Part shown: in pieces, positions 12,882-22,220 of the stretch | Layout of the letters: every line of letters begins with the position of its first letter | How positions within the stretch are numbered: position 1 is the first letter of the stretch | Source: Minisyncoccia bacterium | GTDB lineage: Bacteria > Patescibacteriota > Minisyncoccia > Phycocordibacterales > UBA9973 | Length of the DNA stretch: 64,000 bases | Assembly (NCBI GenBank): GCA_049287045.1 | Contig: JBAQFC010000008.1 | Coordinates: 22,198 to 86,197, forward strand | Direction of reading: 5' to 3' | Notes under the pieces: model-generated | The model's database searches: none | Seen by the model: the letters and a program-made list of their open reading frames with translations, nothing else | What the model was told of the DNA's origin: nothing | Program-made: the position numbers and the translations under genes

Positions 12882-12912
12882 AGCTTCTATTATAACATAA
12901 TTTGAATTATTT

Positions 12913-13551
12913 TTATTCTGCAGGAGTAGCTTCCTCTTCTTTCTTTCCTTTCTTTTCAACTTCGATAGCGGATAGATCTACTGGGGAAGCTTCTTCTTCT
13001 ACTTCTTCTACTTGAACAGCAATAGAAGCAATAACTTCATCAGCTTCACCAAGAATTGTAACTCCGGCTGGGACTTTCAAATCTGAAATAAGAACCTGGT
13101 CGTGTAAAGTTTTAAGTTTAGAAATATCAACGACGATATTGTGTGGAAGATCTTTTGGAAGAGCTTCAACTTCGATTTCGTGTGCTACTTTAACAAGAGT
13201 TCCTGTTCCATTTTTAACAACTTCAGAAACACCTTCGAATTCAAGAGGAACACTGACAGTGATCTTCTTGTTCATATCAATAGCCAAGAAATCAATGTGT
13301 ATAGGTTCATCTGTAACAGGGTCAACTTGAACATCATGGATTAGAACATTTACTTTTCCTTCTGGAGTTGTAATTTCAACTGTAGAAGATTCTCCAGCTT
13401 TCAACCAAACTTTTTTAAATTCTATTTTTGATACTGAGATGGAGGTAGTTTTCTTATCTGCTCCATAAAATACAGCGGGTAATTCACCTGCTTTTCGCAT
13501 TTCTTTTAAGTCTTCTTTAATATCTCTACTTTTCGCTGTTAATTTAAGCAT
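12913..13551 (-). CDS. rplY: 50S ribosomal protein L25 / general stress protein Ctc
   Basis: L25 beta-barrel N-terminus (LKLTAKSRD...ELPAVFYG) plus the Ctc-type C-terminal extension. Confidence 0.85.
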   Translation of the reverse strand: MLKLTAKSRDIKEDLKEMRKAGELPAVFYGADKKTTSISVSKIEFKKVWLKAGESSTVEITTPEGKVNVLIHDVQVDPVTDEPIHIDFLAIDMNKKITVSVPLEFEGVSEVVKNGTGTLVKVAHEIEVEALPKDLPHNIVVDISKLKTLHDQVLISDLKVPAGVTILGEADEVIASIAVQVEEVEEEASPVDLSAIEVEKKGKKEEEATPAE

Positions 13552-13624
13552 GAAGACATTATATACAAAATTTTAAAAAAGGCAAATTATTGTATATAAA
13601 ATGAGCTAACTTGATAATTTCCTA

Positions 13625-14278
13625 CTAAATTCCCTCTTTTTTCAACTCTTCTAGAAGCTCACGGGCTTTCTTGGAAATCTTACTTGGTATTTTTATTGTA
13701 ATAAGAATATACAAATCTCCGGGTTTTCCATTTTTTATTTGCTCTCCACCACCAGTCATTTTTATGGTCTGACCACTCTGAATTCCAGCTGGAATTTTTA
13801 TTACAATATCGTCATGTCCACTAATGGATATTTTTTTATCTGAACCTAAAATAGAATCAACAAGAGAAATAGATAATTCAGTCTTCATATCTCTTCCACG
13901 TGGAGTTCTCTGAGTACGAAAACCACCACCAAAAAATTCACCAAAAATATCATTTAAATCAAAATCTGCACTTCCTCCATTTTGGAAACCAGAAAAATCG
14001 AAACCTTCAAACCCTCCACCGAAACCACCTTGCTGGTATCCACCTTGTCCTCCACCACCTTGCATATTTTCAAAACCGGGACCATATTGATCGTATTTTG
14101 AACGCTTGGAATCATCAGAAAGAGTCTGGTAAGCTTCATTTACCTCCTTGAATTTAGCTTCATCGCCCTCTTTTTTATCAGGATGATATTTGTGAGCCAA
14201 CTTATGAAAAGCTTTTTTGATCTCTTCTTTTGACGCGCCTTTTTCTACCCCTAAAGTTTTGTAATAATCTTTTTTCAT
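13625..14278 (-). CDS. DnaJ-like J-domain chaperone (J + G/F + one CTD; no zinc finger)
   Basis: DYYKTLGV...HKYHPDKK J domain with HPD, a G/F-rich linker, and a DnaJ C-terminal beta domain. Confidence 0.7.
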   Translation of the reverse strand: MKKDYYKTLGVEKGASKEEIKKAFHKLAHKYHPDKKEGDEAKFKEVNEAYQTLSDDSKRSKYDQYGPGFENMQGGGGQGGYQQGGFGGGFEGFDFSGFQNGGSADFDLNDIFGEFFGGGFRTQRTPRGRDMKTELSISLVDSILGSDKKISISGHDDIVIKIPAGIQSGQTIKMTGGGEQIKNGKPGDLYILITIKIPSKISKKARELLEELKKEGI

Positions 14279-14335
14279 TTAGTTTATGCAATATAACATA
14301 TATTATATTATTTATATAATCATTAACAAATATAT

Positions 14336-15322
14336 TTAATTATTCTTTGAAATAAGATTCAAAATTAGTTTAACAATCTTGTCTTTATGATTTGGATCAC
14401 TTTCCGCAACAAGAACTGTAAGCGCTGTTAAGGCTGAAGGGCTTAATTTTTGTATATCGAGTATATTCGCCTGCTTCAATAACCAAACAAAAGCAAAAGC
14501 TCCTGAACGCTTATTACCATCAGTAAATGGATGGTTCTTTACCATAAAATACAAAAGATGTGCAGCCTTTTCTTCAACTGTTGGATAAAGTTCATTGCCT
14601 CCGAATGACTGCATTACATTACCAACTATTCCCGACACAGAACCAACATTTCTTTCGTGACCAAAAATATCTGTCGCTTCACCTTTTTCAATAAGAATTT
14701 TTCTAAGCTCGGATAAATCTCGTGAAATTTTTTCGGAGGTGATGTTAACTTTCTTTTTTGTAAGCTTTCCTTTCGATAAAATTTCTCGATCATAAGCATC
14801 CAAAGAAAGCCAAGTATCAGCAAAAAGTGATATAAGTTCTATAGCATCTTTTGGATTAACCGCAGATTCAGCTGGCAAAAGTTTTTTAATATCATCAACA
14901 ACATTTAAAAAATGTTCATAATTTTTAGCAATTCGGTTTTTATTTATTGCAAAACCATCTACGATATAGCTTCGTAACGTTTTTGTTGCCCACTGACGAA
15001 ATTCAATAGCCTTCTTTGAACTTGTTCTATATCCAACAGCTAAAATAACATCAAGATTATAAAATTGTACCTGATACACCTTTCCATCATCTGCAGTATG
15101 TGCAAATTTTGCACATACTGAACTAGCATTAAGTTCTTTATCATTAAGAATATTTCTTATATGCTTAGTCACAACAGATCTTTCAGTCTGAAAAACATCA
15201 GCAATCTGCGCCTGAGTAGCCCACACAGTTTCACGAGAAAAATCACCACGAAGTTCAATAGCTCCATTTTTAGCTTGGTAAATAACTACATCTTTCTTTT
15301 TTAGTGTCTTTTTTAATACCAT
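14336..15322 (-). CDS. RhuM-family N-terminal domain fused to Doc/Fic toxin-like domain
   Basis: N-terminus KNGAIELRGDFSRETVWATQAQIADVFQTERSVVTKHIRNI...FYNLDVILAVGYR matches the RhuM (SPI-3) virulence family. C-terminus HPFTDGNKRSGAFAFVWLL is the Fic/Doc HxFx(D/E)GNKR motif. Confidence 0.7.
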   Translation of the reverse strand: MVLKKTLKKKDVVIYQAKNGAIELRGDFSRETVWATQAQIADVFQTERSVVTKHIRNILNDKELNASSVCAKFAHTADDGKVYQVQFYNLDVILAVGYRTSSKKAIEFRQWATKTLRSYIVDGFAINKNRIAKNYEHFLNVVDDIKKLLPAESAVNPKDAIELISLFADTWLSLDAYDREILSKGKLTKKKVNITSEKISRDLSELRKILIEKGEATDIFGHERNVGSVSGIVGNVMQSFGGNELYPTVEEKAAHLLYFMVKNHPFTDGNKRSGAFAFVWLLKQANILDIQKLSPSALTALTVLVAESDPNHKDKIVKLILNLISKNN

Positions 15323-15330
15323 ACCGAAAT

Positions 15331-15339
15331 ATTATAACA
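15331..15339 (-). promoter_or_regulatory. extended -10 (TGTTATAAT) for the RhuM-Doc gene; transcript likely leaderless
   Basis: Minus-strand TGTTATAAT lies only 8 nt upstream of the ATG at 15322. Confidence 0.3.
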
Positions 15340-15393
15340 TTTTTATGTTTTAAAATAGATAATAATTTTTTATTTTTAGTGAAGATTGAAACT

Positions 15394-15412
15394 ACATAGG
15401 AAACTCCTATGT
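15394..15412. terminator. hairpin terminator after the coupling-protein-like ATPase
   Basis: acatagg-aaact-cctatgt 7-bp stem right after the stop at 15417. Confidence 0.4.
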
Positions 15413-15416
15413 ATAA

Positions 15417-17512
15417 CTATTCTAAAATCTTCTTTAACACATCTTCAGGCACTTCTTTTATATTTTTTGGAGGTGTTGGGACTGGAATTTCTTTTTTTAC
15501 TTCCTCATTCACCGGCTCAACTTTTTTTTCTTGTGATGCTGCTGGTACTTTTTCAAAAATAAAATTTTTAAGTTTATTCATATCTTCTGCACTTGCAGAT
15601 CTATCATTATTTATAGAGGTTGCTGATACAGGATTTGATCTTTTTAAATCACTCAATGACATTGCAGGAGGTGGTACGGGAATTTTAATTTCTTTTACTT
15701 CTGGTACTACAACCGGTTTCTCTAAAACTTTATTCTCAGACAGAGTCTTATTTAAAATATCTCTCAAAGCTGTATTTTCAATAGGCTTTACTGACATCGG
15801 TATAGAACGAACAAATGGCTTTGGAATTTCTTTTTGAACTGGAGGTTCTGAAGCAATAGGAACTTTAGGAAAAATTTTTGGTTCCACAGAACCATGTCGT
15901 GCAATGTCCACTGGACGACTAGAAATAATCGGTATAATAGGCTTCAAAACTTTTGTAAGTGTTGAAAGAATTCCTGGTTTAACAGGCTCCTCAACTTTTT
16001 TAACCTCAGGTTCTTTAACAGGAGCTGGTTGTGGAACAGGTTTTATCTCTCCGGATTTAATTTTAGCTATACAATCCTTACAATATATAGGTCTTCCTGG
16101 TTCAGGTTTAAACGGCACCGATGTTTCCTTTTTACAATTAGAACAAACAGCTGGGAATTTTTCTACATTACTGATAGGACTGGTACTGACAATATTGCCA
16201 ATAGACATACCACTCCAATCATTTATTTCTTGTTCAACAACTTCTTTGGATTTACAGTAAAGAGCACGAGACATACTAATAACTTTATCTTCTACTTGTG
16301 TATCTGGATTTTTCGCTATTGGAGGCAACGTCTTCGCAGAAAAAGGTCGTGAACCGATACCATCAATCATCAGACGAAGATAAATACGGTAGTTCGGTAA
16401 ATTCACAATATCTTGTGGAGTAAATTCTGGTTCAAATTCTTTTTCTAGGAATAATGCATCATCAGCACCCACTCGGAATACAATCATCGTACCAACGTTA
16501 CCGAAGACAGCATCACGCACAGCGGAAGACCCATCAATAACAAGCTGAGCAGTATACTGGTGTGCAACGGTTAGATTCAATCGATACTTTCGAGCTTCAG
16601 ACAAAATACTAGCAAAAGAATCGGTCACGAAGTTTTGGAACTCGTCGACATATAAATAAAAGTCTTTTCTTTCATCTTCTGGAATACGCACGCGCTCCAT
16701 CGCAGCGAGCTGGATCTTGGTAATAATCATACCTCCAAGCAATGCGGAATTATCTTCACCAATACGTCCCTTGGAAACGTTCACCAAGAAAATTTTACCT
16801 TCATTCATGATATCAAAAACATTGATGGTACTCATTGATTGACCTACAACATTTCTAATGATGGAAGAAGAAAGAAATTGTCCGACTTTGTTTTGAATCG
16901 GAGCAATAGCTTCATTTCTAAATTTTTCATTCCAAGCTTCATACTCGTGAATCCAAAAAGCTTTGATGACCGGGTCTTTCAAATTTTCAATTATTTTTTT
17001 ACGGTACTCTTTGTCCACCAACATTCTAGGAATACCAAGAAGAGTCGAACCCGGAGTATCGAGCAATGCAAGAATTGTATTATTCAAAATATATTCCATA
17101 CGAGCAGACCAAGCATTCGCCCAGATCTTGGTGAAAATTCCCATCAAACCTGAAGCAACCAAATGTTTATATTTTGGATCTAGAATTTCAATAACATTAA
17201 AGCCGATATGATAATCCGTATCGGCTGGGTTGAAATAAATAACATCTTTGATACGGTCAGTTGGAATAGATTGTAAAACACTTTCAACTAATTCTCCGTG
17301 CGGATCAACAACACAAACACCATCACCGTTTTGTATATTCTGAACAATCATATTGGAAAGAAGCACGGATTTACCGGTACCTGATTTTCCGAGAACATAT
17401 ACGTGCTGGCGTCTGTCTCTGCGCTTCATACCAAAAATCTGATTCTTATCTCGAAAGGTTGTCTGACCTATATATGTCATATCTTTATTGATTGGTATTT
17501 TAGGATTCTCCA
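15417..17512 (-). CDS. type IV secretion coupling-protein-like (TraG/TraD/VirD4 family) ATPase with C-terminal zinc ribbon and Pro/Lys/Glu-rich tail
   Basis: Walker A VLGKSGTGKS, VVDPHGEL, Walker B YVDEFQNF and a TVAHQY...QL region resemble TrwB/TraG-type NTP-binding domains. Then CSNCKK...CKDC, followed by ~230 aa of PxxPxK low-complexity. Start at the internal MENPKIP (ATG 17510-17512). Confidence 0.5.
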
Positions 17513-17562
17513 TAAATTGAATTATAGCAAAAATTAAAAATAGGTGAAAGTAAAAATCCCCT

Positions 17563-17596
17563 CCAACCAAAGTCGGAGAGGATTTTTACTTTCTGC
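17563..17596. terminator. Rho-independent terminator downstream of dnaK
   Basis: aaaatcccctcc...ggagaggattttt stem-loop followed by a T-run on the minus strand. Confidence 0.5.
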
Positions 17597-17623
17597 GGAA
17601 GACTGTCCTTCGCAATATTTATA

Positions 17624-19540
17624 TTATTTTGCAGCTTCGTCAGCGGCTGGAGTTTCACCCTCCTTAGAATCAGCTTCATGAGTAGTAGCTTCTTCTTTTG
17701 GCTCTACTGGTGGTGCACCGGCATCATCTACTTTAGAAGATGCTTTTGCCATCTCTTCACCGATCTTGGACATCTCGCTAGAAAGTTCTTCAGTAGATTT
17801 TTTAATTGCATCCAAATCTGAACCTTCTTTCACTCCACGCAATGCTGTTATTTTTTCTTCAACACCTTTCTTTGTATCTTCAGAGATTTTTCCTTCATTA
17901 TCTTTCAATGCTTTTTCTGCTGTAAAGATAGTCATGTCGGCTGTGTTTTTTGCATCAGCGACTTCTTTTTTCTTTTTATCTTCATCAGCATGAAGCTCTG
18001 CGTCTTCTTGCATTTTTTTAATATCTTCAGGTTTCAATCCAGAACTAGCTTCAATTCTGATAGTCTGAGTTTTACCACTAGTTTTTTCTTTCGCAGTAAC
18101 ATTTAAGATTCCATTGGCATCAACATCGAAAGTCACTTCAACTTGTGGCATACCACGAGGAGCTGGAGGAACACCGTCCAAGATAAATCTTCCTAGAGAT
18201 TTGTTATCAGAAGCCATTGGACGCTCTCCTTGCACGATATGAATTTCGACAGAAGTCTGATTGTCAGCTGCAGTTGAAAATGTTTGTGATTTTGAAGAAG
18301 GGATAGTTGTATTTCTTTCTACAAGTTTTGTCGCAACTCCTCCAAGTGTTTCGATACCCAAGGAAAGAGGAATAACATCAAGCAAAAGAACATCACGTAC
18401 ATCACCTTGCAATACTCCAGCTTGGACAGCAGCACCGAGAGCTACCACTTCATCAGGATTGATTGTAAGGTTTGGAGTTTTACCGAATAATTTCTTTATT
18501 TCTTCGACAATTTTTGGCATTCTGGTCTGTCCTCCGACCATTATGATTTCATTTATTTCTTCGATTTTAAATCCAGATGCTGCAACTGCACGCTTTGCAA
18601 TATCTATCGAACGAGTAATATATTCATCAGCAATAGATTCCAATTGAGCACGAGTCATTTTCAACAACAAGTGTTGAGGACCAGCTGCGGTGGAAGTTAT
18701 GAAAGGAATATTTATTTCAGTTTCAATAGCTGTTGAGAGTTCGATTTTTGCTTTTTCTGCAGCTTCATCAAGACGCTGCAATGCCAATGCATCAGTTCGT
18801 ACATCTACACCGGAAGTCTTTTTAAATTCATCAGCAATCCAATTTATAATTTTATGATCAATATCGCGTCCACCAAGGTGACTATCACCATCAGTAGATT
18901 TTACTTCAATAACATCATCACCAACTTCAAGAACAGAAATGTCAGTTGTTCCGCCTCCGAAATCGTAGACTACAATCTTTTCATTTTTCTTTGAGTTCAA
19001 ACCATAAGCCAATGCTGCAGCTGTCGGTTCATTGATAATTCTTTTTACAGTCAGGCCAGCAATTTTACCCGCATCAATAGTTGCTTGTCTTTGTGTGTCA
19101 TTAAAATATGCAGGTACAGTAATAATCGCTTCAGTGATCTTCTCACCGATCTTTGCTTCCACGTCTGTTTTTATTTTTGACAAAATCATCGCAGAAATTT
19201 CTTCTGGACGCATCCACTTGTCTCCGATTTTTACTTCAACTCCACCATTTGCGCCTTTCTGAATTTTGAAAGAAGCATTCTTTAAATCTTTCTGCACTTC
19301 CGGATCTTCAAAATTGTGACCCATAAAACGCTTGATACCATAGATGGTATTTTCAGGATTTGTAACTGCTTGTCTTTTTGCTAAAAGACCGACAAGTCTG
19401 TCTCCATTTTTTGCAACAGAAACTACCGAAGGAGTCGTACGAGCACCTTCAATATTTTCTATTATTTTTGGCGCACCACCTTCGATGATAGCGACCGCTG
19501 AGTTTGTTGTACCTAAGTCTATTCCTATTATTTTTGCCAT
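17624..19540 (-). CDS. dnaK: molecular chaperone DnaK (Hsp70)
   Basis: [18 protein letters not shown], full 638-aa Hsp70 with an acidic C-terminal tail. Confidence 0.95.
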   Translation of the reverse strand: MAKIIGIDLGTTNSAVAIIEGGAPKIIENIEGARTTPSVVSVAKNGDRLVGLLAKRQAVTNPENTIYGIKRFMGHNFEDPEVQKDLKNASFKIQKGANGGVEVKIGDKWMRPEEISAMILSKIKTDVEAKIGEKITEAIITVPAYFNDTQRQATIDAGKIAGLTVKRIINEPTAAALAYGLNSKKNEKIVVYDFGGGTTDISVLEVGDDVIEVKSTDGDSHLGGRDIDHKIINWIADEFKKTSGVDVRTDALALQRLDEAAEKAKIELSTAIETEINIPFITSTAAGPQHLLLKMTRAQLESIADEYITRSIDIAKRAVAASGFKIEEINEIIMVGGQTRMPKIVEEIKKLFGKTPNLTINPDEVVALGAAVQAGVLQGDVRDVLLLDVIPLSLGIETLGGVATKLVERNTTIPSSKSQTFSTAADNQTSVEIHIVQGERPMASDNKSLGRFILDGVPPAPRGMPQVEVTFDVDANGILNVTAKEKTSGKTQTIRIEASSGLKPEDIKKMQEDAELHADEDKKKKEVADAKNTADMTIFTAEKALKDNEGKISEDTKKGVEEKITALRGVKEGSDLDAIKKSTEELSSEMSKIGEEMAKASSKVDDAGAPPVEPKEEATTHEADSKEGETPAADEAAK

Positions 19541-19645
19541 AATTTTATTTTATTAAGTTTATAAGGTAAATTAAAATTAATTTTTTTAGAAAGTCTTGCA
19601 CAGGAGCTTAGAAAATAAAAATGGTATTCCATTTATTATTTTCTT

Positions 19646-19680
19646 GAGCGACGAGCAGTTCGCTGGCGAAGCTTCGCCAG
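19646..19680. promoter_or_regulatory. GC-rich tandem palindromes in the dnaK/paaX divergent intergenic region
   Basis: agcga-cgagcagt-tcgct, overlapped by the 18-nt perfect palindrome ctggcgaagcttcgccag. Further imperfect inverted repeats (tagcaagc...gcttgtca, ttgtcaaaagacaa) lie at 19747-19789. Confidence 0.3.
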
Positions 19681-19803
19681 ATAGATTGCTTTATAAAAAA
19701 AATTAATTTTAATGAACATAGACAATTATACACACCATATTATTTTTAGCAAGCTTTTCGTGGTCGCGGAATGCTTGTCAAAAGACAATATATAGGATAA
19801 TAT

Positions 19804-20343
19804 ATGAATATGTCAACTAAACCCGACTATTCCAAGAAAATACTTAAGATTTTAGGCGAAAAAACAGCTATTTCCCTGCCTGATTTAACTAATCAAGTAA
19901 ATAGTAAAGACTGCTCTCAAAGCTCCGTATACGCCATCACACGCTCATTAAAAGGGCTTCGTGAAGCTGGTCTGATAGAAAATATTTCCTCCGGGCAAAA
20001 TGATTATGCTCGCCTAACAAAAGAGGGCAAAAAGAAAATAAACAGCCTAAAGCTCGACAGTGACACCACCCTCGTTGATACTTCCTGGGACGGGTTTTGG
20101 AGAATTATTTTACTCGACTTACCAGAGACTAGAAAAAGCGAACGTGAATCTCTTCGTTATTTATTAAAAAAGGCTGGGTTCGTGTGTCTCAAAAATTCCG
20201 CATGGATCTCCCCTTACCCTTATGAACATCTTTTTGAAAACATCAAAAAAGATTTAGAGCTCACTACTGAGATGATGATAATAAAAACTCAATTCATCGA
20301 CGAAGAAACTAAAAAGTTTTTATTTGATACTTTCAAGAAATAA
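19804..20343 (+). CDS. PaaX-family transcriptional regulator (wHTH + Cas2-fold C-domain)
   Basis: C-terminal WDGFWRIILLDLPETRKSERESLRYLLKKAGFVCLKNSAWISPYP matches the PaaX_C signature (WDG.W.....IPE..R..R..LR..L...GF..L.NSVWISP). Confidence 0.6.
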   Translation: MNMSTKPDYSKKILKILGEKTAISLPDLTNQVNSKDCSQSSVYAITRSLKGLREAGLIENISSGQNDYARLTKEGKKKINSLKLDSDTTLVDTSWDGFWRIILLDLPETRKSERESLRYLLKKAGFVCLKNSAWISPYPYEHLFENIKKDLELTTEMMIIKTQFIDEETKKFLFDTFKK

Positions 20344-20370
20344 AAAATCTCACAGTGATGTGAGATTTTT
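20343..20370. terminator. bidirectional terminator between paaX-like and grpE
   Basis: aaaaatctcaca-gtga-tgtgagattttt perfect 12-bp stem with flanking A/T runs. Confidence 0.6.
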
Positions 20371-20374
20371 TATT

Positions 20375-20992
20375 TTATTCTTTATGTCCAAAAACTTTTA
20401 CTCGAGCAGCTCTTAGTACTTTGTCTTTTGTTTTGTATCCTTTTTGTAAAACCTGAGCAATAGTGTCATCTTTAGTTTGGTCAACAGTTTCTACAACCTC
20501 CACAGACTGATGAATTTCAGGATTAAATTTATCACCTACTTGCCCAATAGATTTTATACCGTATTCTTCAAAGATATTACTCATCTGAGAATAGATATAT
20601 TCCACACCAGTCCTCCATGTTGCATCTACTTTCTCCCAAGCTTCTTTGTTTGAGAAAGCCATATCGAAACTATCCATTACAGAAAGGAAATTTTCTAAAA
20701 TTCTTTCTTGAATAATATTTCTGAAATTTCTATTTCTTTCTTCTTCTTCCTTACGGTAATTCACAAAGTCCGCTCGCTCTTTCTGCCAGCCGGTTAGGTA
20801 TTCTTCCTTTTGAGCTTTGAGTTCTTTTATATCAGCCCTAAATTTCTTTAAAGTTTTCTTTAAATCTTCCTCACCGTCATCATTGAATTCAAACTCAACA
20901 ACTTCTGATTCTGGTTCTGTTGGTTCTTTAATTATTTCCCCGCCTGCATCGCTTTGCGAAGCATTGCGGGCAGGTTCATTTTCTTCACTCAT
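20375..20992 (-). CDS. grpE: nucleotide exchange factor GrpE
   Basis: Acidic N-terminus, coiled coil, and the C-terminal GrpE beta domain (FNPEIHQSVEVVET...AQVLQKGYK). Confidence 0.8.
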   Translation of the reverse strand: MSEENEPARNASQSDAGGEIIKEPTEPESEVVEFEFNDDGEEDLKKTLKKFRADIKELKAQKEEYLTGWQKERADFVNYRKEEEERNRNFRNIIQERILENFLSVMDSFDMAFSNKEAWEKVDATWRTGVEYIYSQMSNIFEEYGIKSIGQVGDKFNPEIHQSVEVVETVDQTKDDTIAQVLQKGYKTKDKVLRAARVKVFGHKE

Positions 20993-21023
20993 ATTTTTAT
21001 ATTAACATAAAAAATTTACAATA

Positions 21024-21050
21024 AAAAATCCCTCGTGAGAGGGATTTTTT
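21024..21050. terminator. bidirectional terminator between grpE and rpsI
   Basis: aatccctc-gtga-gagggatt with flanking A- and T-runs. Confidence 0.6.
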
Positions 21051-21054
21051 GAGA

Positions 21055-21465
21055 TTAACGTTTTGACCACTGTGGAGCTTTTCTGGCTTTCTTCAAACCG
21101 AATTTTCTTCTTTCTTTCGCTCTTGAATCACGCATTAGGTATCCTAATGATTTTAGTTTTCCACGAAGTTCTAAGTCAGAATCAACAAGGGCACGAGATA
21201 GACCGTGACGGACAGCCTCAGCTTGGCCATGAATTCCTCCACCGTTAACTCTTGCTTCAACAGCATACTTCATTCCAGGAGTAGCTTTGACCATAGGGTC
21301 TTGGATAAGACGTCTCTGGTCTGCAGTCTGGAAATATTCATTAGAGTCTTTCCCATTCACTACGAAACTTGATTTTGTAGCTTCAAAAATACGAACTCTG
21401 GCTGTGGAAGTTTTTCTTCTTCCTACTCCTTCAATATATATATCTTTTGTTAATGTTTTTGCCAT
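21055..21465 (-). CDS. rpsI: 30S ribosomal protein S9
   Basis: GGGIHGQAEAVRHGLSRAL and the C-terminal RDSRAKERRKFG...R. Confidence 0.9.
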   Translation of the reverse strand: MAKTLTKDIYIEGVGRRKTSTARVRIFEATKSSFVVNGKDSNEYFQTADQRRLIQDPMVKATPGMKYAVEARVNGGGIHGQAEAVRHGLSRALVDSDLELRGKLKSLGYLMRDSRAKERRKFGLKKARKAPQWSKR

Positions 21466-21470
21466 TTTAT

Positions 21471-21824
21471 TTAATCTTCGATAGTTAAGTGTTTCATCAT
21501 CTCTCTTCTTAGTTTATTTCCAGGAAGCATTTGGTAGGTCGCAAGTCTGATTAATTCTTTCAGTCCTTTTTTCTCAGCTGTCTCAGTACCTTTTGTGATA
21601 CGTAGACCGCCTGGATAACCGGAATACTTGGTGTGATAAATTTCAGCCAATTTCTTTGTAGTAATACGAAGCTTTGAGGCATTCGTGATATTTACAGGAA
21701 AACCAGAATAAACATTCCTCTCAAAGGTAGCTTTGGTCTTGCCCATTAAAGACATAGCTGCTTCTGATGCAACTCTGCCTAGTGTTCTTCCTGATGCGTC
21801 AATTGTTTTCATGTGTTTTTCCAT
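21471..21824 (-). CDS. rplM: 50S ribosomal protein L13 (short form)
   Basis: L13 N-terminus (KTIDASGRTLGRVAS) plus the conserved rpsI-rplM pairing. Confidence 0.8.
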   Translation of the reverse strand: MEKHMKTIDASGRTLGRVASEAAMSLMGKTKATFERNVYSGFPVNITNASKLRITTKKLAEIYHTKYSGYPGGLRITKGTETAEKKGLKELIRLATYQMLPGNKLRREMMKHLTIED

Positions 21825-21854
21825 ACTAAATCATTTTTAAAAAAAATACAAATA

Positions 21855-22208
21855 TTATACGAATTCTATTTGTGCCATCTTGGCACCATCAGACTTTCTA
21901 GCGCCTAATTTTAATACTCGAACGTATCCACCTTTTCTATCAGCATACTTCGGTGCAATGACATCGAACAATTTCTTTACCTCTTTACTTCTGTTTGAAA
22001 GTTTAGAAATAACCAAACGACGTGTTGCAAGGTCTCCTGCTTTTGCTTTTGTAACAAGCTTCTCAATAAAAGGTCGTAGTTCTTTTGCTTTAGGTTCAGT
22101 TGTCTTAATTTTTTCACGCACAATCAAATTGAGCGCCAATGAATTGATCAAAGCGTTTCTCTGATTTTTCTCTCTTCCAAATTTTCTTTTTGAATTACCG
22201 TGTCTCAT
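21855..22208 (-). CDS. rplQ: 50S ribosomal protein L17
   Basis: MRHGNSKRKFGR...; follows rpoA. Confidence 0.9.
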   Translation of the reverse strand: MRHGNSKRKFGREKNQRNALINSLALNLIVREKIKTTEPKAKELRPFIEKLVTKAKAGDLATRRLVISKLSNRSKEVKKLFDVIAPKYADRKGGYVRVLKLGARKSDGAKMAQIEFV

Positions 22209-22220
22209 AAATTTTTAAAA

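Noticed and set aside
15409-15837. 142-aa plus-strand ORF opposite the coupling-protein-like ATPase tail
   Set aside because: Gly/Thr/Ser/Phe-rich shadow ORF produced by the Pro/Lys/Glu-rich repeat on the opposite strand.
19541-19803. CIRCE/HrcA operator upstream of dnaK
   Set aside because: No TTAGCACTC-N9-GAGTGCTAA-like element is present on either strand; only unrelated GC-rich palindromes.
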